Assembly (NCBI GenBank): GCA_963810935.1
Contig: CAWEPK010000007.1
Span: forward strand, 192,001 to 256,000
Length of the DNA stretch: 64,000 nt
Origin: an uncultured delta proteobacterium
Lineage (GTDB): Bacteria; Desulfobacterota; Syntrophorhabdia; Syntrophorhabdales; WCHB1-27
Reading direction: 5' to 3'
Shown: one piece after another, positions 50,614-59,039 of the stretch
Layout: each line of letters opens with the position of its first letter
How positions within the stretch are numbered: position 1 is the first letter of the stretch
Notes under the pieces: model-generated
Seen by the model: the letters and a program-made list of their open reading frames with translations, nothing else
Databases searched by the model: none
Told to the model about the DNA's origin: nothing
Program-made: the position numbers and the translations under genes

Positions 50614-50906
50614 TGTTATTTGGGACGCGGCCGGCGGACCGGGATCTTTCCGCGCCTTTCGCGTCGTTTTCTCGGGCGCGAGTCCTCACTTGCCACCCGC
50701 GCCTGGCAAGCCCTGAGCGCGGGTACCCGGCTACCATTTTATACGCTCCGGCTCGCTTCGTCGAAAAACAACGCGAAATCCATCGGAAATCTCCCGATCC
50801 GCCAGCCGCGTCTTGTGATTTTTCCGGCTTATCGCTTGCCCATCCCTGTGTTCTTTTGTTGATTTGTATTGATATCCCTTACGCGTCATGATACATTTGT
50901 ATTACT

Positions 50907-51533
50907 ATGGCACCCAGGACAACCCCTACCAGGGACAAAATGCTTGCTTTCCTGCAGGAACATCGCCTCCAGCACGGCTACGCGCCCACTATGCGCGAGA
51001 TTGCGCGGGCGTGCGGGGTGAAGAGCCTTTCTGCCGTCCAGTTCCACCTAGACAGGCTGGAGCGGGACGGGATCATAAAGAGGGACAGGGAAAAGTCGCG
51101 TTGCATCGCCCTTTCTGAACAGGTTGGGGAACACGAGGCAATACCCGTGCTGGGCGCAATCGCGGCAGGCAGTCCCGTGGCTGTGCCTGACGCCGATACG
51201 CGGCGTACTGCCGGGGAGTGGCTGGACGTGCCGCTGGCAGTCACGCAGGGGAAGAAAGACGTCTACGCGCTGCGCGTGCGCGGCAACTCGATGGTCGACG
51301 CCCTCATCGGCGACGGCGACATAGTGATCATGCAGGCGGGCGAAGAAGTGCGCAGCGGCGACGTGGCCGCCTGCTGGCTCAAAAACCAGCAGGAAGTAAC
51401 GCTAAAGAAGATCTACTTCGAAGGCGAGCGCGTCCGGCTCCAGCCCTGCAACCCTTACATGATGCCGATTTACGAAGCTGCGGACAACGTCGAGGTGCAG
51501 GGGAAGCTCGTCGGCGTGATGCGCAAGGTGTAA
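50907..51533 (+). CDS. lexA: LexA repressor
   Basis: GYAPTMREIA wHTH; IAAG cleavage site; GNSM (Ser); TLK (Lys). Confidence 0.95.
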   Translation: MAPRTTPTRDKMLAFLQEHRLQHGYAPTMREIARACGVKSLSAVQFHLDRLERDGIIKRDREKSRCIALSEQVGEHEAIPVLGAIAAGSPVAVPDADTRRTAGEWLDVPLAVTQGKKDVYALRVRGNSMVDALIGDGDIVIMQAGEEVRSGDVAACWLKNQQEVTLKKIYFEGERVRLQPCNPYMMPIYEAADNVEVQGKLVGVMRKV

Positions 51534-51556
51534 GCCGTAGAACATCCTTGATAGCC

Positions 51557-51598
51557 AAAAAGCCCGTCGGGGCCACGGTTTGCGCGGCCCCGACGGGT
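51557..51598. terminator. Hairpin between convergent lexA and the repeat-protein operon
   Basis: aaaaagcccgtcggggcc...ggccccgacggg. Confidence 0.7.
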
Positions 51599-51636
51599 GT
51601 GCGTTTTCCCCTTCCCCTTTTTCCATACAGCTTTCG

Positions 51637-52035
51637 TTAATGCTTGATAGCCGACAGGAAGTTTTGCAGGTTGATCCCTCCCGTGACCGACGAGTTGATC
51701 AGTATCGTGATGTTGATGGGCATCTGAACGGTGGAATTGACTGCGTTCACAACGCCCAGCCCGCTCTGGCTGCTGCCGGAGAGCATGATGGAGTTTTTGA
51801 ACGTCATGTCGCTGGCGTTGAACGTGTACGTGTTCGATCCGCCTGAAGTCGAGCCCGTGCCCCAGAAGTTCCCCGACATAAGCGAGTTGGCGTCGAAAAA
51901 GAAATCGAGGCCCCGCGCGTGGACGCCGTCCAGCTCTGTGTCGCTCACCGCCTGCAGGCCCTTCGCGAACGATGGGCTTGCGGCGACGAGGAAGACGAAC
52001 GCCATAATGAATGCGAGATATTTTACCTTACCCAT
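51637..52035 (-). CDS. Small exported N/S/G-rich protein with a SDxELDxVxARG motif
   Basis: Signal peptide; LQAVSDTELDGVHARG; one degenerate repeat (LSGSSQSGLGVVNAVNS). Confidence 0.8.
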   Translation of the reverse strand: MGKVKYLAFIMAFVFLVAASPSFAKGLQAVSDTELDGVHARGLDFFFDANSLMSGNFWGTGSTSGGSNTYTFNASDMTFKNSIMLSGSSQSGLGVVNAVNSTVQMPINITILINSSVTGGINLQNFLSAIKH

Positions 52036-52146
52036 TGTCTCCTCCTTGTAAAGACTTTATTCACCCCGGCGCCGGCCATCCGCCCGTGCCCGAGGCATGA
52101 GGATTGAGGGGCTTAACTACGCCCCTCAATCCATCCCCCTATACCC

Positions 52147-55100
52147 CTACCAAGCCTTCTGGAAGTTCGTCTGGTAGATCGCTCCGCCCCTCGCGTTGTA
52201 TATGGTTGCGATGTTCTGCCCGACGTTGACCGCCGACCCTACAGCGTTCAGGATGATCATGCCGGACGTATTCGACTGCGAGCCGTCCAGGACGATCGAA
52301 GAGCTGTTGTTCTGCCCGCCTGACGATCCCATATAGCTGTTAGACTGGTCCGCTTTGCTCTTTGCATAAGCGTACTGAACGTTGACCTGGTGGATATCGA
52401 CGTCCGCCCCGCAGGCTTCGATGATGTTCTGACCCACGTTGACGGCCGACATGGCTGCGTTCACTACGGACAGTGCCGATAACCCGTTCTGCGAGTTGAT
52501 AAGGTCTATGGAGCCGTTGTTGGCAGTCTGGGACATCGTTTTTCCGGACTTCACCTGCTGGTCCGCATAGACGTCGGCTGCTGCGACCTGCAGGTTCGCC
52601 TGTAGCACGTTTATATGGCTTCCCGCCTGGACCGTGGCTATGTTCTGGCCGATGTTGCCCGCCGACCCCGCCAGGTTCGCGATGGATTCCGCAGACGCGT
52701 AATCCTGCGAGCCGACCATCTGTATGGAGGCGTTGTTCGCCGTCGCCTTGTCCGTGTCGCCGTTCATGATCGACTGTGTGTAAGTGCCCAGGACGCCTGA
52801 TGCCTGCGCGTTCGCCTGGATGAAGCCCGCGTTCATGGTCGCGGTTACGTCTGCTACGTTCTGGCCGACGTTGGCCGCGGAGCCTGCCGCGTTAAGGATG
52901 GAGAGTGCGCTCGTGACGCTCTGGGAGTCGATAAGCTGGATCGAGGCGTTGTTGCTCGCCTGCTTCATTACGCCTTTGCTGCCGACTTCCTGCGTTACGG
53001 CGGTGTCGAGTCCGGCGCCCTGGAGGTTCGCCTGGACAAAGTAAACGTTTTTCCCGTCCGCCGTGGCGATGTTCTGCCCTATGTTGCCGGCGGTGGCGGC
53101 CATGTTAGCAAAAGAGATCCCCTTCCCGTCGTTCTGTGAATCGACGGCCTGCACGGAGCCGTTGTTATTGGCCTGCTGCATCACGCCGTAGCTCATCACC
53201 GTCTGGAGGACCGGCGCCGCTTCGAGCGCGACCTGCACGTTGGCCTGCGCGAACGCTACAAGCGCGGACTGCATTTTGTCCACTCCCTCGACGTTCGCTA
53301 TGTTCTGGCCGATGTTAGCCGCAGAACCCGCGATGTTGGCCAGGGAATCGGCATCAACGTAGTTCTGCGAGCCGCCGCCCAGGAGCTGCACCGATCCGTT
53401 GTTGTTAGCCTGCTTCGTGGCCATGCCGCTCGCCACTGTCTGGGCCGACCCGTTGTAGGAGGCCGCGAGCTGGAGGTTGAGCTGGAGGAAAGCTGCCGCT
53501 TCGGCCACTTCCACGCTCGCCATGTTCTGCCCTACGTTCGCCGCCGAAGAGGCTACGTTTGCCACTGAAAGTGCCTGGACGTGGTTCTGGGAGTCATCGA
53601 GCCGGACGGAAGCGTTGTTATTCACCTGTTCTGTTGCACTGCCGCTCACGACTGTCTGTGAGAAGCCTTCCGTGCTGAGCGCGACCTGGCCGTTCAACTG
53701 GGTAAAGATGGCCCCTAAGGCCTCGACGTTCGCTATGTTCTGGCCGATGTTGCCCGCCGAGCCCGCGATGTTGGCCAGGGAATCGGCATCAACGTAGTTC
53801 TGCGAGCCGCCGCCCAGGATCTGGAGGGACCCGTTGTTATTGGCCTGTCCCGTCACGCCGTACCCGGTCACGAACTGTACGCCCGTCGCCTCCGTAGAGG
53901 CAGTCTGGAGGTTGGCCTGCGCGAACCCGGCCAGGCCGGCCACCACGCTCGCGACGTTCTGACCGAGGTTGACGGAAGAGAGGGCCGCGTCGAGTATCGA
54001 GACGCCGCTTGCGATGTTCTGGCTGTCGATCATGTAGACCGAGCCGTTGTTGTTCGTCTGGCTGGTCGCGTTCATATTATCCACGTACTGGACTGCGGTG
54101 CTGTCCACTCCGGTCTTCTGGAGGTTGGTCTGGAGGAAACTCGTGCTCAGCGCGGCGACGTCGATGATGTTCTGCCCGATGTTGGCCGCGGCGCCCGCCA
54201 GGTTGGCAATGCTCATCGCGCTCGCGTTGCCTTGCGAACCGGAGAGCCATACGGAGTCGTAATTGTTGTTGGAGTAAGAAGAGTCGCCCGGTCTTCTTTC
54301 GCCCGGCACCAGGCCGTCGACTGCGACTACCTTGTCGCTCTGCAAGTTCTTCTGCGTGGCATAGGCCACCTTTGTGGTGGTGATGCTCGCGATGTTCTGG
54401 CCGATATTGGCCTGCGTCTCAGCCGCATTCAGGATCGACAGGCCGGTCGCGGCGTTCTGGGCGCCTGCGAGCTGCACCGACTCGGCGTTGTTGTTCTGGT
54501 GGTCGGTCATGCCCTTGTTTTCGACCGTCTGCCCGTAAGTAATCTCCGTTGCGTCGATCTGCGCGGATTGCTTGTTCGTCTGCTTGACGTTCGTATCGCC
54601 CATGCTTGTCACGTCGGCCACGTTCTGCCCCACGTTGACCGCCGACGCTGCGGCGTTGACGAGGGAGTCGGCGGAGACGGCGTTCTGGGCGTCCCATATC
54701 TGGACGGAGCCGTCGTTGTTGAACTGGTTGCTCGTCTTCCCGTAGTTGGTCACGTACTGGGAGGCATCCGCTTCAGAAAAGGCGGTCTGCCTGTTCAACT
54801 GCGTCACGTCGAAAGGCCCGTTCTTGACGGAGGCGATGTTCTGCCCGACGTTGACGGCAGACTGCGCGGCGTTCGTCATGGCGATGGCGTTCACGCTGTT
54901 CTGAGCGCCGTCATACACCTGGACGGACCCGGCGTTGTTGATCTGGCCGGCTACGCCCTTCTTGTTCTCGACCGTCTGGTACACGTCGCCGGAGTTGTTT
55001 GCGGTCTGCACGTTTTTCTGATTGACGCTTATGTACGCCTTGTCCCCGCCGCCCGTTATCGAGGCGACGTTCTGCCCGACGTTGACGGCAGACAGCGCGG

Positions 55101-56478
55101 CGTCGACCAGCGCTATAGACGAGGCGCCTTCCTGTGCGTTATCCGCAGCCATGACGGAGGCGTTGGAGTTGGCCTGGTTCGTGACCATGCCGTAATTGGT
55201 GACTTTCTGCGTGTTGCCCGTGATTATCGGGTCGTCGAAAACGCCGTTGTTCGCCGTCTGATAATTCTTCTGGTTGAAGGAGAACTTGCCGCGTTCCATC
55301 ATGCCGGACATATCTGCGGAGGCGATGTTCTGCCCCACGTTGACAGCCGAGTTGGCGGTGTTCGTCAGGGCGTCCGTCTTCGAGTAAGACTGCGCCGAAT
55401 CGCCGATGGCGACAGCGGTGCTGAAGTTGCTCTGACCCGTGACGGCGTACTTGTTCTTCACCGTCTGCTCAGTCGCGGCGAAATTGGTTGCATCCTGGCT
55501 ATTGTTCTGGCTCGCCTTGAGGTCGTACGCCGTAGAGGAGATGAAGTTCTGGCCGATATTAACCGCTGAAAGGGCCGCGTTGGCGATAGCAAGGCCGCTG
55601 GCCTCATTCTGCGCGGTATCGCCGGCAACTACCGAGCCGTTGTTACTTGCCTGGCCGGCGACTGTCCCGTAGTTCTTGACGTACTGTACGGCCGACGCGT
55701 CGCTTGTCGCTTCCTGGGAATTGACCTGCTGGACGTAGATGCCGTCAGCCTTGCCCAGGGAGGCCAGCGTCTGCCCGATATTAAGCGCCGAGGCTGCCAC
55801 GTTCCCGAGCGCCAATGCCGAGATATTCGACTGGGCCGAGCCGCCCAGGTCGACCGACCCGTTGTTGTTGGCCTGGCTCATGACCCACATCTTGTTTGTA
55901 ACTTTCTGCTCGGCCGCGCCTGTGAACGTGCCGACCTGGGAGTTGTTCTGGCGGAGGTCGACGTCGGATGACATATCTCCCACGCTCGCGATCTGCTGGG
56001 AGATATCGGCTGCTGCGTACCCGGAGTTGAGCATCTGGAATGCTGAGGCCCCCGACTGCGCGCTCCCGCCCAATACCACCGAGCCCACGTTATTGTACTG
56101 GTTGCCCACGGAGGTGTGGTTTGTCTGGGAGACGAAGAGCGGCATCGCACTATTCGTCGCGCTCTCGGTCGTGTCTGAATAGGAGCTGAAGTGCGTCACG
56201 CTTTCGAGATCGACGATGTTCTGGTGGATGTTCATGTTATCCATGACCACGTTGTAGACAGTCATGGCGGAGGAGCCTGATTGGGCCGTCCCTCCGAGTT
56301 GCACGGCATTGAAATTGTTGTATTCCGCTGAAATCCCCGGTGTAACCGTTTCGAAGCCCTTTGCGCTGACTGTCCCGAGGTCTTCGTCGGTCATCACGCT
56401 GACGCCCGCTGACGCGGTGAAGAATGGCGCGACGACGAGAAGAGACGATAACACGAACCGAAAAACGGACCGTTTCAT
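52147..56478 (-). CDS. 1443-aa exported N/Q/A/S/G-rich repeat protein (~19 repeats of ~72 aa)
   Basis: Signal peptide; repeats of QxNNNGSVQL..SQN..SAL..ANAA.SAVNVGQNIA...Q.N.Q; RBS aaggagg. Confidence 0.88.
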   Translation of the reverse strand: MKRSVFRFVLSSLLVVAPFFTASAGVSVMTDEDLGTVSAKGFETVTPGISAEYNNFNAVQLGGTAQSGSSAMTVYNVVMDNMNIHQNIVDLESVTHFSSYSDTTESATNSAMPLFVSQTNHTSVGNQYNNVGSVVLGGSAQSGASAFQMLNSGYAAADISQQIASVGDMSSDVDLRQNNSQVGTFTGAAEQKVTNKMWVMSQANNNGSVDLGGSAQSNISALALGNVAASALNIGQTLASLGKADGIYVQQVNSQEATSDASAVQYVKNYGTVAGQASNNGSVVAGDTAQNEASGLAIANAALSAVNIGQNFISSTAYDLKASQNNSQDATNFAATEQTVKNKYAVTGQSNFSTAVAIGDSAQSYSKTDALTNTANSAVNVGQNIASADMSGMMERGKFSFNQKNYQTANNGVFDDPIITGNTQKVTNYGMVTNQANSNASVMAADNAQEGASSIALVDAALSAVNVGQNVASITGGGDKAYISVNQKNVQTANNSGDVYQTVENKKGVAGQINNAGSVQVYDGAQNSVNAIAMTNAAQSAVNVGQNIASVKNGPFDVTQLNRQTAFSEADASQYVTNYGKTSNQFNNDGSVQIWDAQNAVSADSLVNAAASAVNVGQNVADVTSMGDTNVKQTNKQSAQIDATEITYGQTVENKGMTDHQNNNAESVQLAGAQNAATGLSILNAAETQANIGQNIASITTTKVAYATQKNLQSDKVVAVDGLVPGERRPGDSSYSNNNYDSVWLSGSQGNASAMSIANLAGAAANIGQNIIDVAALSTSFLQTNLQKTGVDSTAVQYVDNMNATSQTNNNGSVYMIDSQNIASGVSILDAALSSVNLGQNVASVVAGLAGFAQANLQTASTEATGVQFVTGYGVTGQANNNGSLQILGGGSQNYVDADSLANIAGSAGNIGQNIANVEALGAIFTQLNGQVALSTEGFSQTVVSGSATEQVNNNASVRLDDSQNHVQALSVANVASSAANVGQNMASVEVAEAAAFLQLNLQLAASYNGSAQTVASGMATKQANNNGSVQLLGGGSQNYVDADSLANIAGSAANIGQNIANVEGVDKMQSALVAFAQANVQVALEAAPVLQTVMSYGVMQQANNNGSVQAVDSQNDGKGISFANMAATAGNIGQNIATADGKNVYFVQANLQGAGLDTAVTQEVGSKGVMKQASNNASIQLIDSQSVTSALSILNAAGSAANVGQNVADVTATMNAGFIQANAQASGVLGTYTQSIMNGDTDKATANNASIQMVGSQDYASAESIANLAGSAGNIGQNIATVQAGSHINVLQANLQVAAADVYADQQVKSGKTMSQTANNGSIDLINSQNGLSALSVVNAAMSAVNVGQNIIEACGADVDIHQVNVQYAYAKSKADQSNSYMGSSGGQNNSSSIVLDGSQSNTSGMIILNAVGSAVNVGQNIATIYNARGGAIYQTNFQKAW

Positions 56479-56559
56479 AATTCCTCCTTTCTCTGATTTT
56501 TTGTTCGATCCTCAGCATTTTAGGCTGTTACTCCTCCCCTGCAATGCGTTTTCTTAATA

Positions 56560-56889
56560 TCACCTCCCTTGTCTTTCTTCGTTTTTGATGCTGATCGAAA
56601 TCGACATGTGCCTGGCTGCGCCCATCGGCCCCTCGTCCCAGAGGATTATCCTGCCGGGGTTCGCCCTGCGGGCAACAATGAGGTCTGCGGGGCTTGCCGC
56701 AATCCCTTTCGCGAATACTGCGTCCATCTCTTTCTGGCTGAGGAGCCGGAAAGAACCGTGTTTCGGCGCAGGTTTTTCCTCGCCTGGCGATGCTTGCGCC
56801 TGTGCAAAGAGCAGGGCAGGGGCCAGGAGAAAAAGGCAGATGAAGAGCAAATAAAACAGGCGGCTGTGACGTGCGTTACCCCCCATAAG
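56560..56889 (-). CDS. Small exported protein with LLSQKEMDAVFAKG motif
   Basis: Signal peptide; same motif as the two downstream genes; start uncertain. Confidence 0.65.
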   Translation of the reverse strand, partial: LMGGNARHSRLFYLLFICLFLLAPALLFAQAQASPGEEKPAPKHGSFRLLSQKEMDAVFAKGIAASPADLIVARRANPGRIILWDEGPMGAARHMSISISIKNEERQGR

Positions 56890-56924
56890 GCACCCCTTTC
56901 TTGTTAGAGGTCTCCACAATTACC

Positions 56925-57010
56925 GGGGCTAGCGTCGCCCCCTCCACGAACAAAGTCCGTCGGGGTACCCGCTTTAGCGGGTCGTCCCCCTCAATGACTC
57001 GCTTCGCTCG
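56925..57010. repeat. Diverged relative of the IS110-target REP-like repeat (opposite orientation)
   Basis: ggggctagc..ccccctccacgaacaaagtccg...tccccctc...cgcttcgct resembles the reverse complement of 27329-27406 and 27464-27539. Confidence 0.5.
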
Positions 57011-57060
57011 TTGTCCTGAATACCCTGCCGGCTGCAGCAGGGTCACTTACTAAGGCTGTG

Positions 57061-57076
57061 AGCAAGGGCTGTGCCA
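57061..57076 (-). promoter_or_regulatory. sigma54 promoter of the repeat-protein operon
   Basis: Minus strand TGGCAC-AGCCC-TTGCT; upstream TGTAAA hexamers and inverted ggggtgtaaaaac..gtttttacacccc (57221-57273). Confidence 0.8.
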
Positions 57077-57309
57077 AATCTAACTATCTGAAATGACGGG
57101 ATATTGTGTTACAGTGTAAGGCCATGAGATGTAAAATAAACAGGACAGATGTAAAGTCGGAATCAACGTTAGAGGCGAGACTGGTTAAACCTATTTTACT
57201 CTTTCAGACAGACAAAGACGGGGGTGTAAAAACCGGTGCGCCGTTATATAAGGCGCGTCAGTTTTTACACCCCCGTGGTAAGGAGGAGATGGCCGGTAAA
57301 GGCCGTGGG

Positions 57310-57663
57310 TTACTTGCCCGATTTCTTTATTACGTCGCCGCACACCTGGTAGAGGATCTTTTCTTTACCGAGGACCTGCCAGGCCACCTTTACGTTCACG
57401 AGCCCGTCATTCTGCTTCGCGAACTGCTTGCGGGCCTTCCCGATGCTGTCCGTCAGCACGTTGTTCATGAGCTGGGAGACGTCCTTCTCTTGTTTCGGGT
57501 AGCCGAGGGTATAGACGAAGCACGTGTTGTCAACGACCTTATAGGTCGCTATCCCGCCCGTCCCGAAAGAGACGACGAAATCGTTATCCGCCGCCGGGGC
57601 CGCGCAGGGCGCTGCCGCAAAGATCAGTAACAGGGCTGCCAGCATTGCAAGTCTGCTCGTCAT
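57310..57663 (-). CDS. Small exported hypothetical protein
   Basis: RBS aggag; signal peptide; 2 Cys in the mature part. Confidence 0.7.
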   Translation of the reverse strand: MTSRLAMLAALLLIFAAAPCAAPAADNDFVVSFGTGGIATYKVVDNTCFVYTLGYPKQEKDVSQLMNNVLTDSIGKARKQFAKQNDGLVNVKVAWQVLGKEKILYQVCGDVIKKSGK

Positions 57664-57739
57664 GTCTCATCTCCTGTGTTTTTATTGAAGGGGCCGGGCT
57701 GGGACGGCGTTTGCCGACGGCCGCTTGAAGGATCAGGAA

Positions 57740-57773
57740 AGCAATAGGCGTGCCATTGTGTAACTAATTGATA
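57740..57773 (-). promoter_or_regulatory. Second sigma54 promoter with adjacent IHF site
   Basis: Minus strand TGGCAC-GCCTA-TTGCT (57740-57755); taactaattgata (57761-57773) fits the IHF consensus. Confidence 0.75.
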
Positions 57774-58060
57774 TTACTGGGGACGTATGGAGACAGGGCC
57801 AAGTGTAATGTAAATGAAACGGACAGTGTATAGGAGGGTGGAGCACGGAAACCAGCGCCGGCAGCGGGAATGCGGGCGCAATGGGGCGTGCATGAGCGGC
57901 GGATGGACATGTAAAGGAAGCGGTCAGGTGTGAAATAGGCGCAAAGCAGCGGGGGTTTTGGAGGGATGGGGTGGGTGAGAGTGTAAAGAAAGCGGGCACG
58001 TGCAATGATCGATCGACGTGCTGATTTGCCATCCACTTACACGGTACAGCGGTACAGCTC

Positions 58061-58089
58061 TTGACATACTTATCACCGGGTGATAACGT
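58061..58089 (+). promoter_or_regulatory. sigma70 promoter with overlapping palindromic operator
   Basis: TTGACA-17-TAACGT; ttatcac-cgg-gtgataa. Confidence 0.65.
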
Positions 58090-58094
58090 TAAGT

Positions 58095-58448
58095 GTGACG
58101 ACTGATTTGCCTGACAGTGATTACGAGCTTCGCTTCTTACTGGATCTGGATGGGATAACTTATCATATGTCAGGAGGATATTGGGTCAAATTTGATGTTT
58201 GGATGGTCGAACCAACCAGAGAAGTCCCGCACGGGGTAAGGTATTCGCTGACTCTGCATGACAGGAACAATTTGAGAGTTGTCGGATACGATAATGCCCA
58301 CGGGGGACTACCAGGAAAAGGCAGATACCAGGCGCGTAAATCGACATGGGATCATGTTCATAAACAAGACCGAATTTATCCCTATGAATTTGATTCCGCA
58401 GCGCAATTGCTGGAAGATTTCTGGAATACGGTTGAAGAATATGTCTAG
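58095..58448 (+). CDS. DUF6516/TumE-like putative toxin
   Basis: PHGVRYSLTLHD...GYDNAH...DHVH...LLEDFW. Confidence 0.75.
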   Translation: MTTDLPDSDYELRFLLDLDGITYHMSGGYWVKFDVWMVEPTREVPHGVRYSLTLHDRNNLRVVGYDNAHGGLPGKGRYQARKSTWDHVHKQDRIYPYEFDSAAQLLEDFWNTVEEYV

Positions 58449-58467
58449 CCGGGAAAGGAGGTTCTCA

Positions 58468-58825
58468 ATGGTCCGCAAAATGGAAATAGGCATTATGTCG
58501 CGCGATAAGTTTAAGCAATACACGCTGGACATTGCCGGGGGCAAACGAAAACCCCAAAAAGGAGAACCGAAGATATGGTTCGACTCACTGGAGTCGCTGG
58601 CTCAGGTGTTGAGCACTAAGAACAGAGAGCTTCTGAAAATAATCAAAGAACGGACGCCCGGCTCGCTCAAAGAACTCGCAGAGGTTACGGGGCGGACCCC
58701 GGGTAATCTGTCCCGGACATTAAAGAACATGGAACAGTATGGAATTGTCGAGCCTGCGCAAGGAAAAGAAGACCGTTAAACCACTTGTCTGCTTCGATTC
58801 TTTTGAGGCCGAGTTCGGCTATTAA
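58468..58825 (+). CDS. wHTH regulator/putative antitoxin; frameshift near 58755
   Basis: WFDSLESLAQVLSTKNRELL...SLKELAEVTGR..GNLSRTLK; corrected end ...KPLVCFDSFEAEFGY*. Confidence 0.75.
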
Positions 58826-58895
58826 AGATTCCTATCCCGCCGTTCCGGTGCAGGCAGGCATGAAAGATTCCTGATGCCATACGTCGAAAAAGAGG

Positions 58896-58932
58896 AGGGG
58901 CGCCCGCGGGTGTCCGGCGCGGGCGCCCTTTT
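58896..58932. terminator. GC-rich hairpin between convergent genes
   Basis: gggcgcccgcg...cgcgggcgcccttt. Confidence 0.6.
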
Positions 58933-59039
58933 GAGAGGCATGCAGCTTGGGGAGAGCGTGCAGCCTGTTCGGGGGGTACGTATCTTACATTCCGATCGTA
59001 ATAATCATCTGTCGCTCCATTCCGTAGCGCCGATGGCCA

